From an uncultured Enterobacterales bacterium (lineage in GTDB: Bacteria; Myxococcota_A; UBA796; CAJQPC01): a stretch of DNA of 64,000 nt. Made by a program: the position numbers and the translations under genes. Positions 34,398 through 42,828 of the stretch are shown one piece after another. Where the stretch lies: the NCBI GenBank assembly GCA_964519895.1, contig CAZFLE010000004.1:301-64300 (forward strand). The letters are read 5' to 3'. How positions within the stretch are numbered: the first letter of the stretch is position 1; every line of letters starts with the position of its first letter. The notes under the pieces are model-generated. The model did no database searches, was not told the DNA's origin, and saw only the letters and a list, made by a program, of their open reading frames with translations.

Positions 34398-36770
34398 ATG
34401 ACTCTGACTCTGACCCTGGTCCTGGGGGCCTGCAGCGACGCGGGCCTGACCGTGCACAACACCGAACCGGCGGCGAGCATCACGTCGCCGGGCAACGGCC
34501 GCGAGTGGGCCGCCGACCAGCCCCTGCAGCTGACGGCGTCGGTCCACGACGCCGAGACGGACTTCCGGGGGCTGGACTACTACCTCTCGGACCCGGAGCT
34601 CGGGGACCTGACCGCCGAGCTGGCCTTCTTCGACCCCGACGGGGTCACGCTGACCGTCGCCGAGGGCGTGCCTTCTGGCGACCGCACCCTGACGCTCAAG
34701 GTCGTGGACCCTGGCGGCAAGTCCGGCACCGACACCGTAGACCTGGCCGTGATCCACGACGAAGCACCCGCGGTAATCTTCCAATGGCCCACCGACGGCG
34801 ATCGGGTGGCCGCCGACACGGTCTTCGACGCGGCCGTGATGACCAGCGACCCCGACGAAGCCAACCTGGCGGACCTGACCCTGACCTGGGGCGATGCGGC
34901 CGCCGATGCGCCCGACGCGCCCGAACACCCCGAGTCCAGCGGCATTGCGGTGGTCCAGGTCTCGGCCATCGCAGCCCTGGGCCCTGCGATCTTGTCGGTC
35001 ACGGTGACCGACTCCATGGGCGCCGTGGGCAGCGCGACCGTCGAGTTCGACGTGGTCGACGGCGACCGGGACGACGACGGCTTCGCCGACGAGCTCCTGG
35101 GCGGCGACGACTGCGACGACGACGACCCGGCGATCAACCCCGACGCCGACGAGATCTGCGACGGCCTCGACAACGACTGCGACGGCCTGATCGACGAGGA
35201 CCCCGTCGACGGCCAGGACTTCTACGCGGACGCCGACCTGGACACCTGGGGCGACGACGCCACGGTGATCAACGCCTGCGAAGGGGCCGAAGGCGCGGCG
35301 GATCGGGGCGGAGACTGCGACGACACGGACAGCGCCGTGAACCCCGGGGCCCTGGAGATCTGCAACGACGGCATCGACAACGACTGCGACGGGGACTGGT
35401 CCGAGTGCGTGTGGAGCGGCCAGAACATCCACTGCGATGTCGGCAGCGCCCGGGTGACCAGCGACATCTCCTACGACGTGCTGCCCACGGCGATGGGGGG
35501 CATGGACCTGGACGGCGACGGCGTGGGCGATCTGCTCGCGACCGCCAACCGCGGCAGCGGCGGCACCTACCGCTCGGTCAACGCCTACCCAGGCCCCATC
35601 AGCGGCCCCATGACGAACTCCGACGTGGCCTTCCAGCTGGTGGGCAACTACGCCGCCGACTGGACCCGGGGTGCGCTCCTGGACGCCGGCGACTTCAATG
35701 GCGACGGCGCATCTGACCTGGTCATCGGCGAGCCCGAGGGCGGCACGTCGGGCGCCGGCGGCGTCTACCTGATCCACGGCCCAGTCGGGGGCTCCCTGGA
35801 CCTGGCGAGCGACGCCGATGGCGCCATCGCGAGCGACAACTGGAACGCCGACGTGGGCACCGCGGTGGTCGCCGCCGATCTGGACGGCGACGGGTGGCCG
35901 GATCTGGCCATCGGGGCACCCGGCGAGGAGACCGACACCTACCAGGGCGGCCGCACCTACCTGTTCACGCGCAGCACCATCGGCTCGGTGTCGCTGTCCA
36001 GCTACGACCACGTCATCGAGGGTCACAGCAACGCAGGCCTGTCCGCTCAGACCCTGGCGGCCCCCGGAGACCTGGACGGCGACGGCTACACCGAGCTGGC
36101 CGTCGGCGTGCCTGGCGACGACGGCGCTTCGAACCGGGCGGGCGCCGTCTACCTGGTGCGCGGGGGACCCGACCTGGGCACCATGGACCTGGAGGATGGC
36201 TGGGCCGTGCTCCAAGGCGCCGACCAGGCCGGACGGGCGGGCACCTCCATCGCCGCGGCTGGCGACCTGGACGGGGACGGCAAGGGCGACCTGTTGATCG
36301 GCGCACCCGACGCGGACCACGCCGGCATGAACGAGAACGGCACCGTGTCCATCGTGCTGGGCGACAGCTCCCTGGCGGGGGTGTCCAGCCTGAGCGCGGC
36401 CTACGCGACCCTCTACGGCCAGGACAGCTACGAGGGCCTGGGCGAGAACCTGGCCGCTGGCGACTGGGACCACGACGGGCTGTCGGACGTCCTGCTGGGC
36501 TCCGAGGACGCCCAGGACACCTACGGAGACGCGGTCGGCGCCGGCTACCTGTTCTACGGCTCCCTGGCCACTGGCGACATCGACGCGTCGACCGCCGACG
36601 CCATCTTCCGGGGCGACGAAGAGTGGCACCAGTTCGCCCGCCTGGTCGGCAACCTGGGCGACGTGTCCGGCGACGGGGTCGACGACCTGGCCTTGGGTGC
36701 GCCCTACAGCTCAGAAGGCGGCGCCAGCTCGGGGGGCGAGCTGTGCGTGTTCTTCGGTGCTGGCTACTAA
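34398..36770 (+). CDS. lipoprotein with MopE-type Cys/Asp motifs and seven FG-GAP (integrin-alpha-like) repeats
   Basis: Internal ATG 34398 (MTLTLTLVLGAC) of the 817-aa track ORF. The MopE-type motifs are DDCDDDDPAINPDADEICDGLDNDCDG and GDCDDTDSAVNPGALEICNDGIDNDCDG. The FG-GAP loops are DLDGDGVGDLL, GDFNGDGASDLVIGEP, ADLDGDGWPDLAIGAPG, GDLDGDGYTELAVGVPG, GDLDGDGKGDLLIGAP, GDWDHDGLSDVLLGS and GDVSGDGVDDLALGAP. Confidence 0.85.
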   Translation: MTLTLTLVLGACSDAGLTVHNTEPAASITSPGNGREWAADQPLQLTASVHDAETDFRGLDYYLSDPELGDLTAELAFFDPDGVTLTVAEGVPSGDRTLTLKVVDPGGKSGTDTVDLAVIHDEAPAVIFQWPTDGDRVAADTVFDAAVMTSDPDEANLADLTLTWGDAAADAPDAPEHPESSGIAVVQVSAIAALGPAILSVTVTDSMGAVGSATVEFDVVDGDRDDDGFADELLGGDDCDDDDPAINPDADEICDGLDNDCDGLIDEDPVDGQDFYADADLDTWGDDATVINACEGAEGAADRGGDCDDTDSAVNPGALEICNDGIDNDCDGDWSECVWSGQNIHCDVGSARVTSDISYDVLPTAMGGMDLDGDGVGDLLATANRGSGGTYRSVNAYPGPISGPMTNSDVAFQLVGNYAADWTRGALLDAGDFNGDGASDLVIGEPEGGTSGAGGVYLIHGPVGGSLDLASDADGAIASDNWNADVGTAVVAADLDGDGWPDLAIGAPGEETDTYQGGRTYLFTRSTIGSVSLSSYDHVIEGHSNAGLSAQTLAAPGDLDGDGYTELAVGVPGDDGASNRAGAVYLVRGGPDLGTMDLEDGWAVLQGADQAGRAGTSIAAAGDLDGDGKGDLLIGAPDADHAGMNENGTVSIVLGDSSLAGVSSLSAAYATLYGQDSYEGLGENLAAGDWDHDGLSDVLLGSEDAQDTYGDAVGAGYLFYGSLATGDIDASTADAIFRGDEEWHQFARLVGNLGDVSGDGVDDLALGAPYSSEGGASSGGELCVFFGAGY

Positions 36771-36772
36771 GC

Positions 36773-36810
36773 CGACATGTCGACCACATGATATCATGTG
36801 GACCACATGA
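36773..36810. promoter_or_regulatory. palindromic operator/promoter region of the vapBC module
   Basis: An AT-richer island immediately after the upstream TAA. It holds the 10-bp palindrome CGACATGTCG (36773-36782), the perfect 18-bp palindrome CCACATGATATCATGTGG (36784-36801), and a further direct half-site copy GACCACATGA (36801-36810). Confidence 0.6.
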
Positions 36811-37040
36811 CCAAGATGATCCAGATCCGCAACGTGCCCGAAGACCTCCATCGGCGGATCAAGGTCCGGGCCGCGTCCGAAGGCCTGTCGATGAGTGAGT
36901 GGCTCTTGCGCCAGGCAACTCACGGCCTGGAGCGGCCGTCCAAGGAACAGTGGCTGGCCATGCTCCGGGACCGCCCCCGCAGAACGGACCTGCCAAAGAC
37001 CGCTGCGGAGATGATCCGCCAGGAGCGCGACACGCGGTGA
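36807..37040 (+). CDS. vapB: ribbon-helix-helix (Arc/FitA-type) antitoxin
   Basis: The track ORF starts at GTG 36798, inside the palindrome. ATG 36807 or ATG 36816 (MIQIRNVPEDLHRRIKVRAASEGLSMSEWLL) is more likely. The IRN.P..L...LK..A...G.S....L pattern is the typical RHH antitoxin. The stop overlaps the vapC start. Confidence 0.8.
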   Translation: MTKMIQIRNVPEDLHRRIKVRAASEGLSMSEWLLRQATHGLERPSKEQWLAMLRDRPRRTDLPKTAAEMIRQERDTR

Positions 37041-37435
37041 TGGTGCTGGACGCCTCGGCCGTGCTGGAGCTGGTCCTCGCCACACCGCTGGGCCACGCGC
37101 TGGCCGAGCGCGTCGACTGGCCCGCGGGCAGCCTGCATGCGCCAGAGCTGCTCGACGTCGAGGTCTGCTCCGTCCTCCGACGCTACGCTCTGACCGGAGC
37201 ACTCTCCCCCCAGGACGGCGAGCAGGCGCTGATCGATCTGATCCGACTTCCGCTACACCGCTACCCCCACCACGACCTCCTGCCGCGCGCCTGGCAGCTG
37301 CGGGACACCCACACGGCCTACGACGGCGTCTACGTGGCCCTCGCCGAGAACCTCGGAGCCCCCCTCATCACCACGGACGCCCGCCTGGCCCGCAGCCACG
37401 GCCACCAGGCCCGCATCGAGCTCGTCGAAGCCTGA
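37040..37435 (+). CDS. vapC: PIN-domain toxin VapC
   Basis: Tail of track ORF 36899..37435. ATG 37040 (TGATG) or GTG 37037 (GTGA) is coupled to vapB. MVLDASAVLELV...DLL.RAW.LR...TAYDGVYVALAE.LGAPLITTDARL contains the conserved PIN acidic residues (D4, E..., D near the C-terminus). Confidence 0.85.
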   Translation: MVLDASAVLELVLATPLGHALAERVDWPAGSLHAPELLDVEVCSVLRRYALTGALSPQDGEQALIDLIRLPLHRYPHHDLLPRAWQLRDTHTAYDGVYVALAENLGAPLITTDARLARSHGHQARIELVEA

Positions 37436-37436
37436 C

Positions 37437-38216
37437 CTACTTCCCGTAGAACGTCACCTTGGCCTGCTTCTTGGGCGTCTTGCGGGCGGTGTCGGCGTCG
37501 CCGACGACTACGATCCGCGCCACACAGCGCTTGTCACCGGGCATGTCGAGCCAGCGCGAGGAGCCGCCGGCCTTGAAGTGATCCTTGACGTCGAGCTGGG
37601 TCTTCTCACCGTTCTGGAACTCGACCATCAGCAGGTTGATCTCGGCCGGGTGCTCCGACACCGTCAGCCGCAGGCTGCTGACCAGAGGGTTCGGCGAGTC
37701 CTTGCAGCGGGGCAGGGTGATCACGTCGCGGTCGGTGTTGTCCGCGAGCCGGACCGAGCCCAGCTTGGTGCCACCCGAGGCCCTGGCTTCCTGGGCCACC
37801 TCGGGGGTCCGGCCCAGGATGACGACCTCGGACTGACGCTTGTGCGCGGCCATCTTCTTGGAGTCCGTGTCGCCGACGATCACGATCTTTTTGATGCAGC
37901 GTGCGTTGCCCGGCAGGTCGAGCCACGGTGAGTTGGCGCCGGCCTTGACGTGCACGCCGGGGGCCAGCTCCAGGTCCTCGCCGTTGTGAAACACCACCCG
38001 CAGGCGGTTGATCTCGGCCGGGAACTTCTTCACCTGGATCTGCAGCGCCGTGACCTTGACGTTGTGGCTGCCCTTGCACGCGGGCAGCTCGACCACGTCC
38101 TTGTCCGTGCGCTCTGCCAGCGAGAAGGACGCCAGCCTGACGGCGTCAGCGGCCGCGGCGTTCGAGACGGTGAACAGGGCCAGGATCGCTGCCGTGAAGC
38201 AGAACATCGCGCGCAT
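37437..38216 (-). CDS. secreted protein with two tandem DUF2541 (YaaI)-like domains
   Basis: Internal ATG 38216 (GGAGGA 5 nt upstream; MRAMFCFTAAILALFTVSNAAAA is a signal peptide) of the 352-aa track ORF. Two ~110-aa repeats are present, each with (L/T)LP.CK...V..L...V...PAEIN.L.V.F.NGE...L.....KAG..S.WLD.PG..RC...I.VVGD. I recall the same layout from E. coli YaaI. Confidence 0.7.
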   Translation of the reverse strand: MRAMFCFTAAILALFTVSNAAAADAVRLASFSLAERTDKDVVELPACKGSHNVKVTALQIQVKKFPAEINRLRVVFHNGEDLELAPGVHVKAGANSPWLDLPGNARCIKKIVIVGDTDSKKMAAHKRQSEVVILGRTPEVAQEARASGGTKLGSVRLADNTDRDVITLPRCKDSPNPLVSSLRLTVSEHPAEINLLMVEFQNGEKTQLDVKDHFKAGGSSRWLDMPGDKRCVARIVVVGDADTARKTPKKQAKVTFYGK

Positions 38217-38306
38217 GGGTTCCTCCGAGGATGCCATCGTCCTACCACGGAGTTCGGCGCCCGCTGCCTCCCAGCCGGTAGACTGTGGCGGACCTGGAGC
38301 CTGACC

Positions 38307-38876
38307 ATGGCGCGCTACGAGCTGACCTGGATCGACAAGGACGCCGAGGAAGGACCGCTCTTCCGCATCGGCACCAAGGACGTCTACTCCCGCCCCCGCA
38401 GGGGCCAGCGGGTGGTGCGCCTCAAGGCCATCCACTCCCCGAACCTGGCCTATGTGGCGCCGGCGCTCCAGGCCTTCCGGGAGCTGGCGGAGCACTGGGG
38501 CGGGCCGATCGTGTTCATCATCGATCCCGACGTGAAGAAGCCACCGGCGGCCCAGTTCCTCTTCGAGTGGAGCCAGGCTGCGTTCCAGAACGGCTCGGTG
38601 GACCGCTCCTACATGGTCATGGGCAACCCGGTGACCCAGGTGCTGGGCCGCTTCGTCTGCCGCATGTTCGCGGCGGGTGGGATGCCCTTTGTGGCCCTGA
38701 ACGGCGAGAAGAACATGGACGCCGCCCTGGACGCCCTGGACCTGGACCTACCGGTGGCGGGCTGGTCGATCACCGACACCGGCACGGCGCTGGTGGTGCG
38801 CCGCAACCTGGGCGAAGGCGCCTATGGCCAGCTGGTCAAGCGGCTGTTCGCCCGGATGCGGGGTGACACCGCGTGA
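38307..38876 (+). CDS. hypothetical protein
   Basis: Internal ATG 38307 (MARYELTWIDKDAEEGPLF...) of track ORF 37950..38876; the upstream part is antisense to the previous gene. 189 aa, soluble, no family recognised. The stop overlaps the next start (GTGA). Confidence 0.55.
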   Translation: MARYELTWIDKDAEEGPLFRIGTKDVYSRPRRGQRVVRLKAIHSPNLAYVAPALQAFRELAEHWGGPIVFIIDPDVKKPPAAQFLFEWSQAAFQNGSVDRSYMVMGNPVTQVLGRFVCRMFAAGGMPFVALNGEKNMDAALDALDLDLPVAGWSITDTGTALVVRRNLGEGAYGQLVKRLFARMRGDTA

Positions 38877-40522
38877 AGGTCCTCCTGATCGACCCTCCGC
38901 ACAGCTGGTACCCAGCGTTCGAAGGGGTGCGAGCCCCGCACGTGGGACTGCTGCACATCGGCAGCTTCCTGAAGCGCCTGGGGCACGAGGTGCTCATCCT
39001 CGACGCCGCCACCGAAGGTCTGGACTGGCGGGCATTGGCGCAGATCTTCCGCGACGAGCGCCCCCACGTGGTCGGCATCAGCGCCAAGACCTTCATGGCC
39101 TACTCGGCGATGTACACCGCGCGGCTGGTCAAGCAGATCTGCCCGGACGCCACGGTGGTCGGCGGCGGGTACCACTTCAACTCGGTGCCCGAGGAAGCCC
39201 TGCGCATGTGCGGCCACCTGGACTTCGTGGTCCGGGGCGAGGGCGAGCAGACCATGGCGGCGCTGGTCGAGGGCCTGGACAACGGCTGGGACAAGACCGC
39301 CCTCGCCGCCGTGCCGGGCCTGAGCTTCCTGGACGGCGACCGCTACGTCGAGACCGGCAACCGGCCGGCCATGGACATCAACAGCCTGGCGATCCCCGAC
39401 TACGACCTGGTGCCCACCCGCAGCTACAGCCTGCCGTTCTTCGGCACCGGGGGCCGCAAGGGCGGCATGCTCACCACCTTTGCTCGGGGCTGCCAGTTCA
39501 AGTGCAACTACTGCTCGGAGCCGGTGCTCTGGGGAGACAGCGGTCTGCGCCAGCGCTCGGTCAAGCTGATGGTCGACGAGATCGAGCTGCTCCACCGGGA
39601 GTACGGCCGCACGAATTTCTGGTTCGGCGATGACCAGTTCACCGCCAACCGCGCCCACAACATCGCCTTCCTGGACGAGCTCGAGAAGCGCCAGCTGCCG
39701 ATCAAGTACTACATCGAGTCGCGGGCCAACGAGATCGCCCGGGACGCCGACCTGCTTCCGCGATTCCGCGCGACCGGCTGCCTGTGGATCATGCTCGGGC
39801 TCGAGACCCCCGACCCCAAGAAGCTCCGCGCCTGGAAGAAGGGCCACAGCATCGAACAGGCCATCGAGGCCTGCCAGGCCATCAAGCGCAATGGCATCGC
39901 GCTCCAGGTCATGCAGATCTTCGGGGACTGGGAAGACGACAAGGACACCATCCACGAGATCTTCCGCTTCACGAACTTCGTGAACGCCACCGTGCCGACC
40001 CTGCTGGCGAGCACCCCGTTCCCGCAGACCGGCACCCTGGCCAAGGGGCTCGAGAACGGCGCCATCCGCCACATCGACTACTCGATGTACGACCTGGCCC
40101 ACGCGACCATGGCGACCAAGCACCTGACCGTGGACGAGGTGCACAAGTACTACAACCGCTTGTTCAAGAAGTACTTCGGCAAGGTCAGCCACATCATCCG
40201 GCACATGAGCGAGCCCGATCTGCGCGTCATGTACATGGTCTGGATCCCCAGCTTCACAAAAGCCGCGGTCAAGGGTGCGCTCAAGGGTGCCGCCCGCCAG
40301 CTGGTCACGTCACTGCCCCAGTCCGACTACCAGCGGTACAAGGCCACCCTGATGGGGCGACAGGTCGCGTTCTACCAGCGAGATCCCAGCTGGCACCCAA
40401 GCCTGCGCGCCGCGGGCCTGCTCAAGCGTGGCGAGGGTCGTGTGCGGGTCGATCTGGCACGGAGCCCTCCAGCCGCAGCTCCTCTCGGGGGCGCTGCGCC
40501 CGGCATCGGCATGGGCGGCTGA
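38873..40522 (+). CDS. B12-binding-domain radical SAM protein
   Basis: 549 aa. The N-terminal cobalamin-binding-like Rossmann region is MKVLLIDPP...GHEVLILDA...PHVVGISA...VVGGGYH...DFVVRGEGE. It is followed by ARGCQFKCNYCSEP (CxxxCxxC) and a TIM-barrel-like core. Confidence 0.85.
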   Translation: MKVLLIDPPHSWYPAFEGVRAPHVGLLHIGSFLKRLGHEVLILDAATEGLDWRALAQIFRDERPHVVGISAKTFMAYSAMYTARLVKQICPDATVVGGGYHFNSVPEEALRMCGHLDFVVRGEGEQTMAALVEGLDNGWDKTALAAVPGLSFLDGDRYVETGNRPAMDINSLAIPDYDLVPTRSYSLPFFGTGGRKGGMLTTFARGCQFKCNYCSEPVLWGDSGLRQRSVKLMVDEIELLHREYGRTNFWFGDDQFTANRAHNIAFLDELEKRQLPIKYYIESRANEIARDADLLPRFRATGCLWIMLGLETPDPKKLRAWKKGHSIEQAIEACQAIKRNGIALQVMQIFGDWEDDKDTIHEIFRFTNFVNATVPTLLASTPFPQTGTLAKGLENGAIRHIDYSMYDLAHATMATKHLTVDEVHKYYNRLFKKYFGKVSHIIRHMSEPDLRVMYMVWIPSFTKAAVKGALKGAARQLVTSLPQSDYQRYKATLMGRQVAFYQRDPSWHPSLRAAGLLKRGEGRVRVDLARSPPAAAPLGGAAPGIGMGG

Positions 40523-40591
40523 TCCCAGAGACGAAGATTCCGAAAGGTCCGCCTCACTTCGCGCCATGAAGGGACGAAGGAGAGGAGGGCC

Positions 40592-41179
40592 ATGATCGCA
40601 GCCAGCCGGCTTGCGGAGGGTTGGGTGGTGGAGACCGTCTCGGATGCAGCGCTCATGCAGCGCCTGGCGTCCGGCGATCTCGACGCCCTGGCCCCTCTGC
40701 ACCAGCGCTATGGACGCATGGTCGCGTCGCTGGCCCTGCGGACCGAGTCGACCCTGGGCCCAGACGACGCCGACGACGTGTGCCAGGAGGTCTTCCTGAC
40801 CCTGGCGAGCACCGCGTCCCGCTACCGGGAGGAAGGCCGCCTGCGGTCCTGGATCTGCGGGATCACCGTGCGCAAGGTCCGGTCCTGGCGGCGCAAGAAG
40901 TGGGTCCGTCGGGCCCTGCACCGGGAGCACGGGGACGTCACGGCCGGCGTGTCGCTGTACCGGGGTCCCTCGCCGGTGGAACAGGCCGCGGCGCGGGAGC
41001 AGGTGCACCTGGCGCTGGCGGCATTGCCAGCCAGCCAGCGCGAGGTCGTGGTCCTGCACCTGGTCGAGGGCCTGAGCGGCGCCGAGGTGGCCAGTGCTCT
41101 GGGGTTGACCGAGAACGCCGTCTGGATCCGGCTGCACCGGGCCCGCAAGACCCTGGCGAGCAAGGTCGGGGGGTCCTGA
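40592..41179 (+). CDS. ECF-type RNA polymerase sigma-70 factor
   Basis: 195 aa. Region 2 is LHQRYGRMVASLALR...DADDVCQEVFL. Region 4 is LPASQREVVVLHLVEGLSGAEVASALGLTENAVWIRLHRARKTL. Confidence 0.9.
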   Translation: MIAASRLAEGWVVETVSDAALMQRLASGDLDALAPLHQRYGRMVASLALRTESTLGPDDADDVCQEVFLTLASTASRYREEGRLRSWICGITVRKVRSWRRKKWVRRALHREHGDVTAGVSLYRGPSPVEQAAAREQVHLALAALPASQREVVVLHLVEGLSGAEVASALGLTENAVWIRLHRARKTLASKVGGS

Positions 41180-42501
41180 TGGTTCGCTGCGACCAACGCC
41201 AGGCCTACCTGGACCGGACCCTGTCCCCCGAAGACCAGGCCGCCTACGTTCGCCACGCCCACGGCTGCGCCACCTGTACGAGGGCGATGCAGGCCTGGGC
41301 CGTCACCGAAGCCGCCGTCCAGGACTGGGCCCAGGTCCGTCAGGCCCGACCCCGCACCCCCGGCGACACGGAGGCTCTGATGCTCCGGGCGCGGGCCCGG
41401 CGCGCACCCGCGGTGCCCATGTGGGCGCTGGCCTGTGCGGCGGTCCTGCTCATCGGCGCCTTGGCGTGGCCGGAACCACCTGTGCCAGCGCCCGATGCGC
41501 CGGTGGCCCAGACGACCCAGCAGCCCGCACCCCCTCCGCCGCTCCAGGTGCTGAGCCAGGCTGGGGACCAGGCCGGTGTCGCTGGCGCGGTCCTTGAGGT
41601 ACCCTCCGAGGGTCACCTGTTGGTGGCGTCGGGGGAGGATCGCTTGGGGCTGGGGGAACGCAGTCGCCTGCAAAGGCGTGAGCGCGGGGGCGCGTGGGCC
41701 CTCGACAGGGGCACTGCTGCCTTCGACGTGGCGCCTCGCGCCGCCCAGGACACCTTCAGCGTGCTGGTGGACGACTGGGAGGTCGTGGTGGTCGGCACCC
41801 GCTTCCGCGTTGACCGGACCCAGGGGCTGCTGGTCACCGTCACAGAGGGCCGGGTCGAAGTCCGCGGCCCCGATGGTACCTGGTCGGTCGGCGCTGGCCA
41901 GCGCTTCCAGGACGGCGAGCTGATCGATCGGGTCGACGACAACGTCGAGGCGCTGCTTCGCCAGGCCCCGGAGCCGCGCCCGGAGCCCCAGCCCATCCAG
42001 ACCAAGACCGCCCGCCGGGCCATGGTGGTCCAGGTGGACCTGGGCGAGCTGCGGCGTCGCCTCATCGCCGGGGACGTCCGACCCGTCCGGCAGGAGCTGC
42101 TCGACCACCTGGACGACCATCCTCGCGATGTCGACGCCTGGAAGCTGCTCGCGCTCGCGGAGCGCAAGGCGGGCAACGCGCCAGCCGCCGCCCAGGCCTG
42201 GCTCCAGGTCGCGGAGCTGGGGACCGGCTCGTCGGTGGCACGGGCCCACTACGAAGCCGCGCTGCTCTTCCAGGAGCTCGAGCAACACACCCAGGCCGTG
42301 ACCTGGTTCCGAGCCTTCCTGGCCGACGAGCGCCGGTCCAACAGCCTCGAGGCCGCCGGCCGCTTGCACATGGCCCGCTCACAGATCGCCCTGGGCGACA
42401 CCGACGCGGCGATCCAGCAGCTCGACACGATCATCCGGAACCACCAGGGAACCAGCGCAGCCACCCAGGCTCGCGAGCTCCTGAAAAAAATTGGACGGTG
42501 A
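41179..42501 (+). CDS. anti-sigma factor (zf-HC2 / TM / FecR-like / TPR)
   Basis: ATG 41179 overlaps the sigma stop (TGATG). HAHGCATCTRAM is an H-x3-C-x2-C zinc motif. The TM helix is MWALACAAVLLIGALAW. FSVLVDDWEVVVVGTRFRVD is FecR-like. The C-terminus has helical TPR-like repeats. Confidence 0.8.
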   Translation: MVRCDQRQAYLDRTLSPEDQAAYVRHAHGCATCTRAMQAWAVTEAAVQDWAQVRQARPRTPGDTEALMLRARARRAPAVPMWALACAAVLLIGALAWPEPPVPAPDAPVAQTTQQPAPPPPLQVLSQAGDQAGVAGAVLEVPSEGHLLVASGEDRLGLGERSRLQRRERGGAWALDRGTAAFDVAPRAAQDTFSVLVDDWEVVVVGTRFRVDRTQGLLVTVTEGRVEVRGPDGTWSVGAGQRFQDGELIDRVDDNVEALLRQAPEPRPEPQPIQTKTARRAMVVQVDLGELRRRLIAGDVRPVRQELLDHLDDHPRDVDAWKLLALAERKAGNAPAAAQAWLQVAELGTGSSVARAHYEAALLFQELEQHTQAVTWFRAFLADERRSNSLEAAGRLHMARSQIALGDTDAAIQQLDTIIRNHQGTSAATQARELLKKIGR

Positions 42502-42524
42502 CGAAGAATTTTCTGAAAGCATCC

Positions 42525-42546
42525 CCAGCCACTGACACATGGCTGG
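42525..42546 (+). terminator. hairpin after the anti-sigma gene
   Basis: CCAGCCA-ctgacaca-TGGCTGG (7-bp stem) lies 24 nt after the stop in an AT-richer stretch that follows an A7 run. There is no U-tract after it. Confidence 0.3.
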
Positions 42547-42785
42547 AATGAGCTTGGAGGTCCTGTGTACTGGACACGCCTTGGGATTGTTCGACCCCCC
42601 ACTTGGCGGCGACGTTGTCGCCAGTCGGTCGATCCTGGTGTGAACAAGCAGGATCGGGCGGGGCCCGTTCCGGTGTTCGTGGTCAATGGGAGTCGTGAGC
42701 CTCCTCAAGACTCCCTGTTGACCCATCGGGAGCGGTCCGTTCCCGGAGGATCCCTGGGAGGGGGCCACCGGGAGCCTGCTCCGCC

Positions 42786-42828
42786 GACGGTTCGGCGGTA
42801 GGCCCAGGCAGCTGTCCGCCGAACCGTC
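42786..42828. terminator. 13-bp perfect inverted repeat downstream of the D-aminoacylase gene
   Basis: GACGGTTCGGCGG (42786-42798) and CCGCCGAACCGTC (42816-42828) are separated by 17 nt and lie 40 nt past the minus-strand stop at 42868. There is no U-tract. Confidence 0.35.

Noticed and set aside
33195-36629. 1144-aa minus-strand ORF
   Set aside because: It is antisense to the PI-PLC-X and MopE/FG-GAP genes, whose repeats and lipoboxes are clear. The minus-frame product is Val/Gly/Arg/Ala-rich without motifs.
42565-42801. 78-aa plus-strand ORF in the hairpin-dense intergenic region
   Set aside because: It has no SD, an Arg/Pro/Gly-rich composition, and its frame runs straight through several perfect inverted repeats. 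It is more likely non-coding.
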